Shown here: in pieces, positions 17,901-28,160 of the stretch | Position numbering within the stretch: the stretch's first letter is position 1 | Layout of the letters: the number at the start of each line of letters is the position of its first letter | From: Abditibacteriaceae bacterium | GTDB lineage: Bacteria > Armatimonadota > Abditibacteriia > Abditibacteriales > Abditibacteriaceae | Direction of reading: 5' to 3' | NCBI GenBank assembly: GCA_031425655.1 | Contig: JANPJS010000279.1 | Coordinates: forward strand, 1 to 33,924 | DNA length: 33,924 nucleotides | Translations under genes and position numbers: made by a program | The notes under the pieces: generated by a model | The model's input: the letters and a program-made list of their open reading frames with translations, nothing else | Databases searched by the model: none | Told to the model about the DNA's origin: nothing

Positions 17901-19125
17901 GAGATAACTTCAAGCCGCTCATCGCCAAAAGGCTGAGCAGCAAAACAGGGATTTGCAAGCGCCCGCCCGGAAGCGCAGGCAGCATCGAAGCGGGCAGAAC
18001 CCGCGCCGCGATGGAAACCGGCACTTCACTCTGCGCCACTAAAGGTAACACGGCGACGGCGCGTTTTCCGGCAAAATAAGTCAGCGTCCCGACCGCTTGT
18101 CCGGCACGCACCGGAGCCACTAAGTCGTTGAATTTCGTCGCGCTACGCAGCGAGTTTTCTTCTCCGGCTCGTAAGGTCAGCAGAGCATCGCGCGGCAAAA
18201 TTGCCTGCGCCGTCGCGCCGTCCTGCACGTTGGCGTTGCCGAAAACTTCGCCGGAAGACGCCGCTAAATACGGTTGAAAACGCCCAAATCCGTGTCGCGC
18301 CAACAAGTTTTGCGAATCCTGCCACGTATTCGGCGAACGCAAAACCACGCTCAGTAAACGCCAGGACGTGTTGTTTACGGCATCGAAACGCGTAGCCGAA
18401 GCGATTAAGCAGCGCCCGGCTTGTTTAGTGTAGCCCGTTTTCACGCCGTCGCATTCGGCCCAGCGAAAGAGCAGGCGATTGCGATTGAGAAGTGGACGAA
18501 CCGGCCCCATTTTCCAATTTCCATGCACCTGCGAACGCTGCGTCCGCACCATTTCGTTGAATTCGCGGTGCTGCATCGCCGCCCGCGCGATGAGCGCCAG
18601 ATCGTAAGCCGTCGTGTAATGGTTCGGGTCGTGCAAGCCGTGCGGGTTGACGAAATTGGTGTCCAATGCGCCGATTTGCCTGGCCTTTTCGTTCATCAAT
18701 TTGGCGAACGCCGGAACACTTCCGGCGATGCCTTCGGCGACGGCTACGCAAGCGTCGTTGGCCGATTTTATCATCGCCGAACGCACCAAATCGCGCAGCA
18801 AAAAGCGTTCGCCTTGCAGCAAATGCAGGCTTTGCTCGCCGGTTTTGGGCGGATTCGCGCCGATGGTCACGACTTCGTCGAGTTTGCCGCTTTCGATGGC
18901 GACTAAAGCCATCAAGGTTTTGGTGGTCGAAGCCGGGAACATTCGCTGACGTGAGTTGCGCTCTTTAAGAATCCGCCCGCTGACCGGATCAAGCAGGATG
19001 TAGGACGGAGCCAGCACCGCATCCGGCGAAACCGGAACAGGTTTTTGCACGCCACGCGCCTGAGTGGAAAGCGTGAAGGCTGCGATGGAAAGGGCAATGA
19101 TGGAGCGGGCGACATGCGGTTTCAT
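17641..19125 (-). CDS. Serine D-Ala-D-Ala carboxypeptidase (peptidase S11, DacA/DacF-like)
   Basis: Signal peptide, PASTTK (SxxK), SAN, NPHGL, KTG, PBP5 C-terminal domain, C-terminal hydrophobic anchor. Confidence 0.92.
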   Translation of the reverse strand: MKPHVARSIIALSIAAFTLSTQARGVQKPVPVSPDAVLAPSYILLDPVSGRILKERNSRQRMFPASTTKTLMALVAIESGKLDEVVTIGANPPKTGEQSLHLLQGERFLLRDLVRSAMIKSANDACVAVAEGIAGSVPAFAKLMNEKARQIGALDTNFVNPHGLHDPNHYTTAYDLALIARAAMQHREFNEMVRTQRSQVHGNWKMGPVRPLLNRNRLLFRWAECDGVKTGYTKQAGRCLIASATRFDAVNNTSWRLLSVVLRSPNTWQDSQNLLARHGFGRFQPYLAASSGEVFGNANVQDGATAQAILPRDALLTLRAGEENSLRSATKFNDLVAPVRAGQAVGTLTYFAGKRAVAVLPLVAQSEVPVSIAARVLPASMLPALPGGRLQIPVLLLSLLAMSGLKLSHEKRKRTAARRKTRRATSAAPRVQTRRAHTNTSRINDASRVASQPSTERREPCLGEQFIAQHLAAEAESRDLTSQRTHSSPARRWN

Positions 19126-19181
19126 CGCCCGCAGTTTAACCAAGCGTTAAGGAAATGACTATTGAGTGAAACCTCGTTTGT

Positions 19182-19236
19182 TTCACCACAAAGACACAGA
19201 GACACAAAGGTTGAATTTTTGTGTCTCTGTGGTGAA
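19182..19236. repeat. Palindromic mini-element with 9-nt periodic arms (CACAGAGAC)
   Basis: TTCACCACAAAGACACAGAGACACAAAG ... TTTTGTGTCTCTGTGGTGAA. Confidence 0.82.
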
Positions 19237-19237
19237 T

Positions 19238-22200
19238 CTACGGCTCGTAATTCAAGTTCGGCGCCAGCCAGCGTTCCATGTCGCTCACTTCGCGGTTTTG
19301 CCGCGCGGCGTAATCTTCGACTTGATCGCGGTTAAGCTTGCCGACAGCGAAATAATGCGCTTGCGGATGCGCTAAATAGATTCCGCTGACCGAACTGGCC
19401 GGGAGCATGGCGAAACTTTCGGTTAGCTCGATATGCGCTTTGCGTTCCGCGTCCAATAAGTCGAAAAGCGCGCGTTTGGGCGTGTGATCGGGGCACGCCG
19501 GATAGCCGAACGCCGGACGGATGCCGCGATATTTTTCCGCCACCAAGTCTGCGTTTTGTAAGTTTTCCCCGGCGCCGTATACCCAGTCTTTGCGCGCTTG
19601 CGCGTGCAAATATTCGGCGAAGGCTTCGGCTAAACGGTCGCCCAACGCTTGCGCCATCAGCGCGCTGTGATCGTCGTGCTGCTTTTTAAAATCGGCGACC
19701 AATTTGTCCAGACCGATGCCCGTCGTGACGGCGAAAGCGCCGACGTAATCGGGCAAATTGGTTTCGCGCGGCGCTACGAAATCGGCTAACGATAAATCGA
19801 AACGGCCTTCGGCTTTGTCAATTTGCTGGCGCAGCATCGGAAAGCGCACCAATTCTTCGTCGCGCGCCTCGGATTTGTAAAGCACGATGTCGTCGCCGAC
19901 CGAATTCGCCGCGAAAAAGCCGTAAACCGCCCGCGCCGTCAGCGATTGGCGCTTGACGATGCGGTCGAGCAGCTTTTGCGCGTCTTCAAAGGTTTCTCGT
20001 GCGACTTTGCCGACAATTTCGTCCTCGAAAATTTGCGGATATGTGCCTTTTAATTCCCACGTCGCAAAAAACGGCGACCAATCAATGAAAGGCACGATTT
20101 CTTCGAGCGGCACTTTGTTCAGCATCCGCAAACCCAGAAAATCGGGCTTGGCGAGGTCTTCCGCCTTCCATTCAATCGGAAAGCGGCGTTTGCGCGCTTC
20201 GGCGATAGGCAGCAGCGGTTTGGCATCGCGTTTGGCGGCGTGCGCGGCGCGATCTTTGGCCTGCGCTGCTTCGGTTTTGGCGACAAAATCGTCTTTTTGG
20301 TCGTCGCTGAGTAAATTGGAAACAACGCCGACGGCACGCGAGGCATCCAAAACGTGAACCACGGTTCCGCTATAATGCTGCGCGATTTTCACGGCGGTAT
20401 GAATGCGACTCGTCGTGGCGCCGCCGATGAGAAGTGGAACCGTGAAATCTTGGCGCGTCATTTCGCGGGCGACGTGGGCCATTTCGTCGAGTGAGGGCGT
20501 AATCAGGCCGGAAAGCCCGATAATATCGGCGTTTACTTCACGCGCTTTGTCTAAAATCTTCTCGCAGGGCACCATGACGCCCATATCAATCACTTCGTAA
20601 TTGTTGCAGCCCAAAACCACGCCAACGATGTTTTTGCCGATGTCGTGAACGTCGCCTTTGACGGTCGCCAGCACGACTTTGCCTTGCGCTTTAGCGCCCG
20701 TTGCGGCCTTTTCTTCTTCCATAAAGGGCAGCAAATACGCGACGGATTTTTTCATCACGCGCGCCGATTTCACGACTTGCGGCAGGAACATTTTGCCCGC
20801 GCCAAACAAATCGCCGACGATGTTCATGCCGTCCATCAACGGCCCTTCGATGACCGAAAGAGGCCGTCCATATTTCGCCCGCGCTTCTTCGGTATCGGCG
20901 TCCACAAAGGCGTCAATGCCCTTGACTAAAGCGTGCGAAAGGCGCTCTTCAACAGTGCCTTCGCGCCATGCCTCGGTTTGCACTTCGCCTTTGGCTTTGG
21001 CCTTGACTGTTTCCGCGAAATCCACCAATCGTTCGGTGGCGTCCGGGCGGCGATTCAAGAGCACGTCTTCGACAAGAACCAGCAATTCCGGCTCGATTTC
21101 TTCATAAACTTCGAGCATTCCGGCGTTGACGATGCCCATATCCAGCCCGGCTTCGATGGCGTGCTTCAAAAACGCGCCGTGCATCGCTTCGCGCACCGTG
21201 TTGTTGCCTCGGAAGCTAAAACTGATGTTGCTAACGCCGCCCGAAACCTTGCAGCCGGGCAGGTTGGCTTTAATCCAGCGCGTGGCGTTGATGAAATCCA
21301 CCGCGTAATTGTTGTGCTCTTCCAGCCCGGTCGCAACCGTGAGAATATTTGGGTCGAAAATAATATCTTCGGGCGGCACACCGACTTGTTCCGTGAGGAT
21401 TTTGTAGCAGCGCGCACAAATGTCAATGCGCTTTTGATAATCGTCGGCTTGGCCGTTTTCGTCGAAGGCCATGACCACCATGCCGGCGCCGTAACGACGA
21501 ATCAGCCCGGCGCGACGACGAAATTCGTCTTCGCCTTCTTTGAGCGAAATCGAATTGACGATGCCTTTGCCCTGCAAACATTTCAGCCCGGCTTCCAGCA
21601 CGCTCCACTTGGAACTGTCCACCATGAACGGCACTTTGGAGATGTCCGGTTCGGCGGCGATGAGGTTGAGAAACGTGGTCATCATCGCTTCGGAATCAAG
21701 CATTCCCTCATCGAAGTTCACGTCAATGATGTTGGCGCCGTTTTCCACTTGCTGGCGCGCGATAGCTACGCCCTCTTCCAAATTTCCTTCTCGCACCAGA
21801 CGCGCGAATTTCGGGCTTCCCGTCACGTTCGTGCGCTCGCCGACCATCGTAAAGTTGCTTTCAGGGCGAATCGTGAGTGCTTCCAAGCCGCTGAAGCGCG
21901 ACAATTTTTCGGTCGGAGTCGCGCGACGCGGCGCAAACTCCTGAACTGCTTCTTTGATGGCGCGAATATGGTCGGGCGTGGTGCCGCAGCATCCGCCGAC
22001 GATGTTCAGCCAGCCGTTTTGCGCCCATTCTTTCAGATAAGGCGCCATGCTTTGCGGCGTTTCGGGAAATCCGGTTTCCGACAACGGATCAGGCAGCCCG
22101 GCGTTGGGATAAACGCTGAAATAAACCGGTGCGATGGCCGTTAATTCCTCGACGTAAGGCCTCATTTCCTTTGGCCCCAGCGCGCAGTTGAGACCGACGC

Positions 22201-22918
22201 TGAGTAAAGGAACGTGCGACAACGAAGTCCAGAACGCTTCGATGGTTTGCCCGGTCATGGTGCGGCCCGAAGCATCAACGATGGTGCCTGATGCCATCAG
22301 AGGAACACGCTCTCCGCGCGCCTGAAAAACTTCTTCGATAGCGAAGAAAGCGGCTTTCATGTTCAGCGTATCGAAGCCGGTTTCGACCAGCAGCAAATCG
22401 GCGCCGCCGTCGAGTAGCGCCTGCGTTTGCTCAAAGTAAGCGGCGCGCACTTCTTCAAAAGTCACGTTGCGCTGGGAGGCATCATTCACGTCAACAACGG
22501 TGCTTAAGCCTTTGGTCATCGGCCCCAGAGCACCCGCTACGAAACGCGGCTTGCCGTCGCGTGCAATGGCCGCGTCTACGGCGCGGCGTGCCAGACGAGT
22601 TCCGGCAAGATTAATTTCCTCAACCAAATCGGTCATGCCGAAATGCGCCAAATCAACTGCGCTGGAGTTAAAGGTGTTGGTTTCGATGATGTCGGCGCCA
22701 GCATCGAGATAAGCGGTGTGAATCGCTTCGATTACATCAGGACGCACCAAGTTCAGCACGTCGTTGTTGTTTTGAAGGTCAACGGGATGCGCGGCGAAGC
22801 GCTGGCCGCGATAATCGGCTTCTTGAAATTTGTGGCGCTGAATCATCGTGCCCATCGCGCCGTCTAAAATTAAAATGCGCTCGTCCAGCAGAGCGCGAAT
22901 TGTCGTCAAAGTGTCCAT
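19238..22918 (-). CDS. metH: Cobalamin-dependent methionine synthase (start ATG 22918 or TTG 22924)
   Basis: [63 protein letters not shown]. Confidence 0.98.
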   Translation of the reverse strand: MDTLTTIRALLDERILILDGAMGTMIQRHKFQEADYRGQRFAAHPVDLQNNNDVLNLVRPDVIEAIHTAYLDAGADIIETNTFNSSAVDLAHFGMTDLVEEINLAGTRLARRAVDAAIARDGKPRFVAGALGPMTKGLSTVVDVNDASQRNVTFEEVRAAYFEQTQALLDGGADLLLVETGFDTLNMKAAFFAIEEVFQARGERVPLMASGTIVDASGRTMTGQTIEAFWTSLSHVPLLSVGLNCALGPKEMRPYVEELTAIAPVYFSVYPNAGLPDPLSETGFPETPQSMAPYLKEWAQNGWLNIVGGCCGTTPDHIRAIKEAVQEFAPRRATPTEKLSRFSGLEALTIRPESNFTMVGERTNVTGSPKFARLVREGNLEEGVAIARQQVENGANIIDVNFDEGMLDSEAMMTTFLNLIAAEPDISKVPFMVDSSKWSVLEAGLKCLQGKGIVNSISLKEGEDEFRRRAGLIRRYGAGMVVMAFDENGQADDYQKRIDICARCYKILTEQVGVPPEDIIFDPNILTVATGLEEHNNYAVDFINATRWIKANLPGCKVSGGVSNISFSFRGNNTVREAMHGAFLKHAIEAGLDMGIVNAGMLEVYEEIEPELLVLVEDVLLNRRPDATERLVDFAETVKAKAKGEVQTEAWREGTVEERLSHALVKGIDAFVDADTEEARAKYGRPLSVIEGPLMDGMNIVGDLFGAGKMFLPQVVKSARVMKKSVAYLLPFMEEEKAATGAKAQGKVVLATVKGDVHDIGKNIVGVVLGCNNYEVIDMGVMVPCEKILDKAREVNADIIGLSGLITPSLDEMAHVAREMTRQDFTVPLLIGGATTSRIHTAVKIAQHYSGTVVHVLDASRAVGVVSNLLSDDQKDDFVAKTEAAQAKDRAAHAAKRDAKPLLPIAEARKRRFPIEWKAEDLAKPDFLGLRMLNKVPLEEIVPFIDWSPFFATWELKGTYPQIFEDEIVGKVARETFEDAQKLLDRIVKRQSLTARAVYGFFAANSVGDDIVLYKSEARDEELVRFPMLRQQIDKAEGRFDLSLADFVAPRETNLPDYVGAFAVTTGIGLDKLVADFKKQHDDHSALMAQALGDRLAEAFAEYLHAQARKDWVYGAGENLQNADLVAEKYRGIRPAFGYPACPDHTPKRALFDLLDAERKAHIELTESFAMLPASSVSGIYLAHPQAHYFAVGKLNRDQVEDYAARQNREVSDMERWLAPNLNYEP

Positions 22919-23007
22919 AAGCAATAACAGATTTTAGCAAAAGGCGGCGTTTTAGCATTTTTGGTGGGATATTTCGGCGCTTTTAAACGTATGATGGAGC
23001 ACTTCCC

Positions 23008-24297
23008 ATGAGTCGTTTCCAAACCCAACTTTTACGCGCCGCGCCGCTCGTTTTCGGACTGGCGCTGGTGTTTTTCGGCGCCGCGAAATTGCGCGCCGAT
23101 TTTCAAGGCTCGTCGTATTTAGTGCCTTACGACGACGCGCCGTTTAGTTACAGCCAAAGCGAGCCGCGCGATGTGGTTTTCGCGCTGCAAGCGAAGTTGG
23201 ATAAAGGCGACGCGCAACTCAAATTCGAGCCGCAGCACGGCTACTTGCTGTCGCTGCTCGACGAACTCAAAGTGCCGAAATCGTCGCAATTATTGGTGTT
23301 TTCCAAGACTTCGCTGCAGCGCGATCATATTTCTCCCGAAACGCCGCGTGCGCTTTTCTTCAACGACGACGTTTACGTCGGCTACATTCCCGGCGCGCCG
23401 ATCATCGAAGTTTCGGTCGCCGACCCGAAACTTGGCGCGAACTTTTACACGCTCGAACAGGAAAAGCCGGGCGCGCCAAAATTGACGCGCTCGACGCAGT
23501 GTTTGGAATGCCATGCATCGTCGCGCAGCTTAGGCGTTCCGGGCCATTTGGTGCGCTCGTTCCTGACGTATGACAGCGGCATGGTGGATTTCGGCACCGG
23601 CCCGAAAATGGTGAACGACCGCACGCCTTTGTCCGAACGCTGGGGCGGTTGGTATGTGACGGGCACGCACGGAAATCAAGCGCATTTGGGCAATTTAATC
23701 GGCGAAAAAGCCTTTGTGCAGCATGAAAAAGACGCGAAAATCGGCGCCAACGTCACGGATTTAAAGCCTTATTTCGACACGCAGTTTTACGTTTCGCCGC
23801 ACAGCGATATTGTGGCGCACATGGTCTTGAATCATCAATCGCATATGCACAATTTTTTGGCGCGCCTCAACTACGAAGCGGCTACACGCATCGCGCGCTA
23901 CGGCGAAGTCAAATACACCGACAGCATGGTCGAATCGTTTTTGAAATACCTGCTTTTCACCGAAGAAACGCCGCTATCGGCGCCGGTCAAAGGCACGTCC
24001 GAATTCGCCAAAGAATTCGCCGCACGCGGCCCGAAAGACAAAAAAGGCCGCTCGCTGCGCGACTTCGATTTGCAAACGCGCTTGTTCAAATATCGGTGCA
24101 GCTTCCTGATTTATTCGGAAGCGTTTAACGCGTTGCCTCCGAAGCTCAAAGAGAATATCTACCGCCGATTATGGGAGATTCTCAGCGGCAAAGACACTAA
24201 GCCGGACTTCAAGAATCTCTCTCCCGATGACCGCCGCGCGATTTTAGAAATCTTGGCGGACACGAAAACCGATTTACCGGATTATTGGAAGAAATAA
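23008..24297 (+). CDS. Exported hypothetical protein with one CxxCH heme motif
   Basis: Signal peptide, CLECH, VFSKTSLQ, PRALFFNDDVYVG, ERWGGWYVTG, SDIVA.MVL.HQ; GGAG SD. Confidence 0.75.
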   Translation: MSRFQTQLLRAAPLVFGLALVFFGAAKLRADFQGSSYLVPYDDAPFSYSQSEPRDVVFALQAKLDKGDAQLKFEPQHGYLLSLLDELKVPKSSQLLVFSKTSLQRDHISPETPRALFFNDDVYVGYIPGAPIIEVSVADPKLGANFYTLEQEKPGAPKLTRSTQCLECHASSRSLGVPGHLVRSFLTYDSGMVDFGTGPKMVNDRTPLSERWGGWYVTGTHGNQAHLGNLIGEKAFVQHEKDAKIGANVTDLKPYFDTQFYVSPHSDIVAHMVLNHQSHMHNFLARLNYEAATRIARYGEVKYTDSMVESFLKYLLFTEETPLSAPVKGTSEFAKEFAARGPKDKKGRSLRDFDLQTRLFKYRCSFLIYSEAFNALPPKLKENIYRRLWEILSGKDTKPDFKNLSPDDRRAILEILADTKTDLPDYWKK

Positions 24298-24303
24298 ATT
24301 CAC

Positions 24304-24362
24304 CGCCGAGACGCCAAGCCGCAAAGAGATTTAAATTTCCTTTGCGACTTGGCGTCTCGGCG
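24304..24362. repeat. Palindromic mini-element between convergent genes
   Basis: CGCCGAGACGCCAAGCCGCAAAG ... CTTTGCGACTTGGCGTCTCGGCG; shares its core with 8394-8487. Confidence 0.85.
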
Positions 24363-24369
24363 AGAGATT

Positions 24370-25380
24370 TTAAAGCGGCAAGCTCATGGTTTGGTCCGAA
24401 TCGGCGGCGCGTTTGCCGGCTTCTAAAATTTCCTGCGCGTCTCGGCTGACTTGCATTGAGCAGAAGCCTTCGGGCTGCGTGTTGTTTTCGATGCAATGAA
24501 TCAGATATTCCGGCCCGTTGCGTTTGGGCGATTGCATTTCGCGCGGCTCGATTTCTTCGGTTTTGCCGGGCGTTTGCAGAATCACTTTGCTGCCCGAAAC
24601 GGCCAAGCTGCCGCCTGTTCCATATGCAACGGGATTGGGCGTGGCGTAGCCGACGGTTTGCGTCCAACACGCTTCGGCGACGCCAAAACCGTTGGTGTAT
24701 TTCATCAGAATCATGGCGTTGTCGTCGGGAATCGCGTAATCCTTGACGAAAACGCCCCGGAAGCCCGTCACTTGCTGCGGCAGGCCTTGAAAGCGCGCGT
24801 TCATATTGGCCGAGTAGCCGCAATAATCCATCAGCGCGCCGGCGCCGTTTTTTTCCTCGTCGTAAAGCCACTCCCAAAAATGCGGATCGCAGCCGATTTC
24901 CTTCGGGCCGTTGTGGGCGCTGCGCTGCTTGAAATAAAACAGCTTGCCGATGGCGCCAGCGAGAATTTGCGCTTCCATTTCCTGAATCGCCGGATTCCAC
25001 GCCGTCGGCCAGTTAATCAGTAAAACGATGCCGGAATCCTGCGCGGCCTTCACCATGCGCTCGGCTTGTTCGAGCGTTGCGGCCATCGGCTTTTCGGAAA
25101 TGACATGAATCTTTTTGGCGGCGCACGCTTCCACGATGTCGGCGCAGACGTTGTTTTCGCTCGCGGCCTGCACGATGTCGAGTTCTTCGCTGGCGATCAT
25201 TTCCTGCCACGAATCGTAGACTTTCGGCACCTGATATTCGCGCTGAATCTTTTCGCGCAAATCCTGATTTATGTCGCCGGCGGCCACGATTTCCACATCG
25301 TCGCGCTGCGCCCAGTGGCGCATTTCACCCCAAACGTGATCGTGAACCATCGAGGCCACGCCCAATCGGTATTTTTTCAT
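24370..25380 (-). CDS. Gfo/Idh/MocA-family oxidoreductase
   Basis: HVISEKPMA, GAGALMDYCGY, DDNA; AGGAG SD before ATG 25380. Confidence 0.9.
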   Translation of the reverse strand: MKKYRLGVASMVHDHVWGEMRHWAQRDDVEIVAAGDINQDLREKIQREYQVPKVYDSWQEMIASEELDIVQAASENNVCADIVEACAAKKIHVISEKPMAATLEQAERMVKAAQDSGIVLLINWPTAWNPAIQEMEAQILAGAIGKLFYFKQRSAHNGPKEIGCDPHFWEWLYDEEKNGAGALMDYCGYSANMNARFQGLPQQVTGFRGVFVKDYAIPDDNAMILMKYTNGFGVAEACWTQTVGYATPNPVAYGTGGSLAVSGSKVILQTPGKTEEIEPREMQSPKRNGPEYLIHCIENNTQPEGFCSMQVSRDAQEILEAGKRAADSDQTMSLPL

Positions 25381-25477
25381 GGTTTTCTCCTGAATTTTCT
25401 TCGGCACGGCGTAGCTTACCGAAATTTCAGTGCTTGTTGTGTTCGCATCAATGGGATTTCTAATTCATTGCTAAGAG

Positions 25478-27673
25478 CTACGTAGCGTGCGCCCTTTCAA
25501 TGATGGCAAGCTCTTTGGGAGCAAGATGAATGATGGCGAAAGATTTTCCGTTTTCGGAGGTTAGCACCACGTTTGTGGGTCGTGGTATGAGAGTGCCATT
25601 TTCATCGTAAATGCTCACCGTAAGCCGCGAACTATCGTTCCAGCCATACTTGCCTGACCTAATAGTTATAGTCTTTTCAGCGCCGATTATATATCCAGCA
25701 TGGAGTTCTAAAGGCGTTACAGGATAAATCTTTTGCATGGGATTATTGCTTCCAATATAAGGCAAGAGCGAGTAATACAATAGTCCTCCGTAATTAAGGT
25801 AATTCCGAATCGTGCTGGTAATGTCCTTATCACTTTTAATACTTTGACCGTATCCAATTGGGGAGAATAAATGGGCCATAGCCAAAGCTTGGCCTTCGGG
25901 ATTACGTTGATTGTCGGTGAACTCATTCGTTTCTACGAAGCGCGGAAAATGGAAAGCCATACTCTCGCGGGTAATGGGGGGATAATTGGCAACCATCACG
26001 CCACCAAGCCGAGTAATTTGTTCAACCATCTGTGATTGAGTAATCAAGCTGCTTATTGAAATGTCGGCCTTCTGAGCTGTTATTGCAAAGGTGGAAGGAT
26101 TGATATCGGCACTGTTTTGGTCTGATTGGCTGCTTTTGCCATAAGAGTAAAACCGGCGGAACAGCGCCGGATGCGTATACCCCACCTCCCCCTTGCCCCA
26201 ACCAGGCACATGGCCCCAGATTCCTTCCATCTCGTCAAAGTAAATTCCATTTACTTTCAATTCACTCATTGCCCAAGTGATAATTTTAGGGAGTTGGGCT
26301 GTATAAGAACGGCCAGGATCGTTAATAAATCCCTTGAAGGAATAAGTCGTCTCGGTGCCGCCAGCCGGCCCTCCGGTGAGAGTGCCACTATATTGTGTCT
26401 TATTCACGTTGACAAGCAAGGTGGAGTCTGGATACTTGGCCGGAGCTTGTTCTTCGCTGTTGAGCCAACGATCCAAGTAAAGAAGCACCTGGACTTCTGG
26501 AGCTTGAGATCGAATGCGTTCAATGATCTTTTTAAGACGAGAAGTCTCTTCGGGTGCAATTTCCGTTAGTAGAGCACTCCCAAACGCCCGTTTTACGCCA
26601 GTAGCTCCGCCAAAATCCCTCGTGCGTGGGATGTAGAGAAGAACGTATTTGATGCCACCGGTGCGAAGGTAATTTTGCAAATAATTCTTACTTAGTTCCG
26701 TAGTTCCCCAAAAATTGTCAGCACCAATATAAAGTGAGGGGGCATTATTATTTCTAAAGAATCCTTTCTGTTCGCTATTAGCAGACCAAATATCAGCAGT
26801 AATCGAGGAGCCGTCAAGGCGAAAATTAACCTTCAAATCTTTGCGTAGCACATTGATGAAGTCATAGTAATCCGATGATCCGGTTGGATAGGCGGCCCAG
26901 GTGCGAGTAAATGACGCGCCGGACTTGAGTAAAAATTGATCATCAACAATGCCACCTTCAGCAACCGCGCCAACTTCGAACTGCTCACTGGCGTGAACAC
27001 GATAGATATTGTCCTCGGCGAACAATCCGATACTATTAGTGCCGTCTGTGTAATAAAATGTCGAATTCAGACCGTTTGGATTTTTAAACTTACCCGCCGG
27101 CTGTGATATTTCGAACCCGCCCTTATTTACTGGTATGCCTCCCAGTCTTATTGAATTCGGATTGTATTGGGTGCTGGGCAGCCGGACATAATTCTTCATG
27201 ACGATGCCCACATCCGAGGTAGTAGGGTTAGAAAAGGAGTCAGTAAAATATATTTTAGACCCCTTCTTTTCTATCATGCGGATTAGAGAATAGTGTTGCC
27301 CCTTAGCCGTGACATGATAGGTGGCTCCCGGAATTATTTCTTTTACAACAGGTCGCCAGAGAGGGTCGGCGGTTGTCTGAGTAGAAAAAGCGTTGAACCC
27401 CGGTTTCAGAGAGATTCCCTCAGGATGAGAAAAGAAGGAAATCAGACTAAAGGTGCTGGAATTCACTTTGATCTGCACGTTGCCACTCGATTGCACAGCT
27501 ACGGAAAAAGATGTATTCCAGTTAGTGCGAGGGGTAATAAGGGGGAGTGAATCATTGGTAAGGTCAAGAGCTTTGGGGCTGTGAATACATATAAGGAATG
27601 CGACAGAAGCGAGCAGCGTGATGCTTAGAATTGTCGGTAAATTAAGCCGCGAGTGGTTAGCGAAGGCACGCAT
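25478..27673 (-). CDS. AT-rich 731-aa secreted or anchored hypothetical protein, possibly a glycoside-hydrolase-like barrel
   Basis: Long ORF, N-terminal hydrophobic helix, GIYFDE motif, aromatic-rich; composition differs from flanks. Confidence 0.65.
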   Translation of the reverse strand: MRAFANHSRLNLPTILSITLLASVAFLICIHSPKALDLTNDSLPLITPRTNWNTSFSVAVQSSGNVQIKVNSSTFSLISFFSHPEGISLKPGFNAFSTQTTADPLWRPVVKEIIPGATYHVTAKGQHYSLIRMIEKKGSKIYFTDSFSNPTTSDVGIVMKNYVRLPSTQYNPNSIRLGGIPVNKGGFEISQPAGKFKNPNGLNSTFYYTDGTNSIGLFAEDNIYRVHASEQFEVGAVAEGGIVDDQFLLKSGASFTRTWAAYPTGSSDYYDFINVLRKDLKVNFRLDGSSITADIWSANSEQKGFFRNNNAPSLYIGADNFWGTTELSKNYLQNYLRTGGIKYVLLYIPRTRDFGGATGVKRAFGSALLTEIAPEETSRLKKIIERIRSQAPEVQVLLYLDRWLNSEEQAPAKYPDSTLLVNVNKTQYSGTLTGGPAGGTETTYSFKGFINDPGRSYTAQLPKIITWAMSELKVNGIYFDEMEGIWGHVPGWGKGEVGYTHPALFRRFYSYGKSSQSDQNSADINPSTFAITAQKADISISSLITQSQMVEQITRLGGVMVANYPPITRESMAFHFPRFVETNEFTDNQRNPEGQALAMAHLFSPIGYGQSIKSDKDITSTIRNYLNYGGLLYYSLLPYIGSNNPMQKIYPVTPLELHAGYIIGAEKTITIRSGKYGWNDSSRLTVSIYDENGTLIPRPTNVVLTSENGKSFAIIHLAPKELAIIERAHAT

Positions 27674-27886
27674 ATATCAAATTGTATCTCATACTTTGTA
27701 ATTTACAAATCGAACTCAATTGGCGCTCCCCGTTAGTGACAAAATTCCAATGTGAGTCCTGCACAAAGGTCGCACGGCGAAGAACGCAGTCGGGAATCGT
27801 GTTTCGGCGGCGTATGAAAAATTCCTTCTCTGTCCTACCAGAGAATACCCGAACGGCGTCCGAATTTCGCTCCAAATAACCTCTGA

Positions 27887-28095
27887 GAGCCTGTCTTCAT
27901 GCAGCGAGAAATTCGTTGTGTTCGTTAGGAAAAATGTGGAGAATGAAGAGGGAGAAGGACGGTTATTCTCTCAACGATTTCGCTGTTTTTACCCACTTTT
28001 CTTTCTGTTTTTCTGCTATTTTTGCCGAATTCGTGCCGTAATCAGCGTTCGCCGCACTCTGGAACACTTTTCCTTGAAAGCGTGAAGACAGACTC
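27887..28095. mobile_element. 209-bp MITE (IS5/IS1031-like ends)
   Basis: TIRs GAGCCTGTCTTCATGC / GCGTGAAGACAGACTC (14 of 16 match); TGA on both sides; no ORF of 60 aa or more inside. Confidence 0.7.
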
Positions 28096-28160
28096 TGAGA
28101 GAACGAATCAAAATCATTCTTGGGTGCCTGTAGCGTCGTTTCGCGGCTATGATTTAATTC

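Noticed and set aside
20933..22144. 403-aa antisense ORF (also 602-1573, 9517-10305, 10981-11865, 28272-29198)
   Set aside because: Antisense shadows of well-supported genes caused by codon bias.
22925..23007. SAM or cobalamin riboswitch upstream of metH
   Set aside because: The gap is only about 83 nt, shared with a divergent gene, and shows no aptamer motif.
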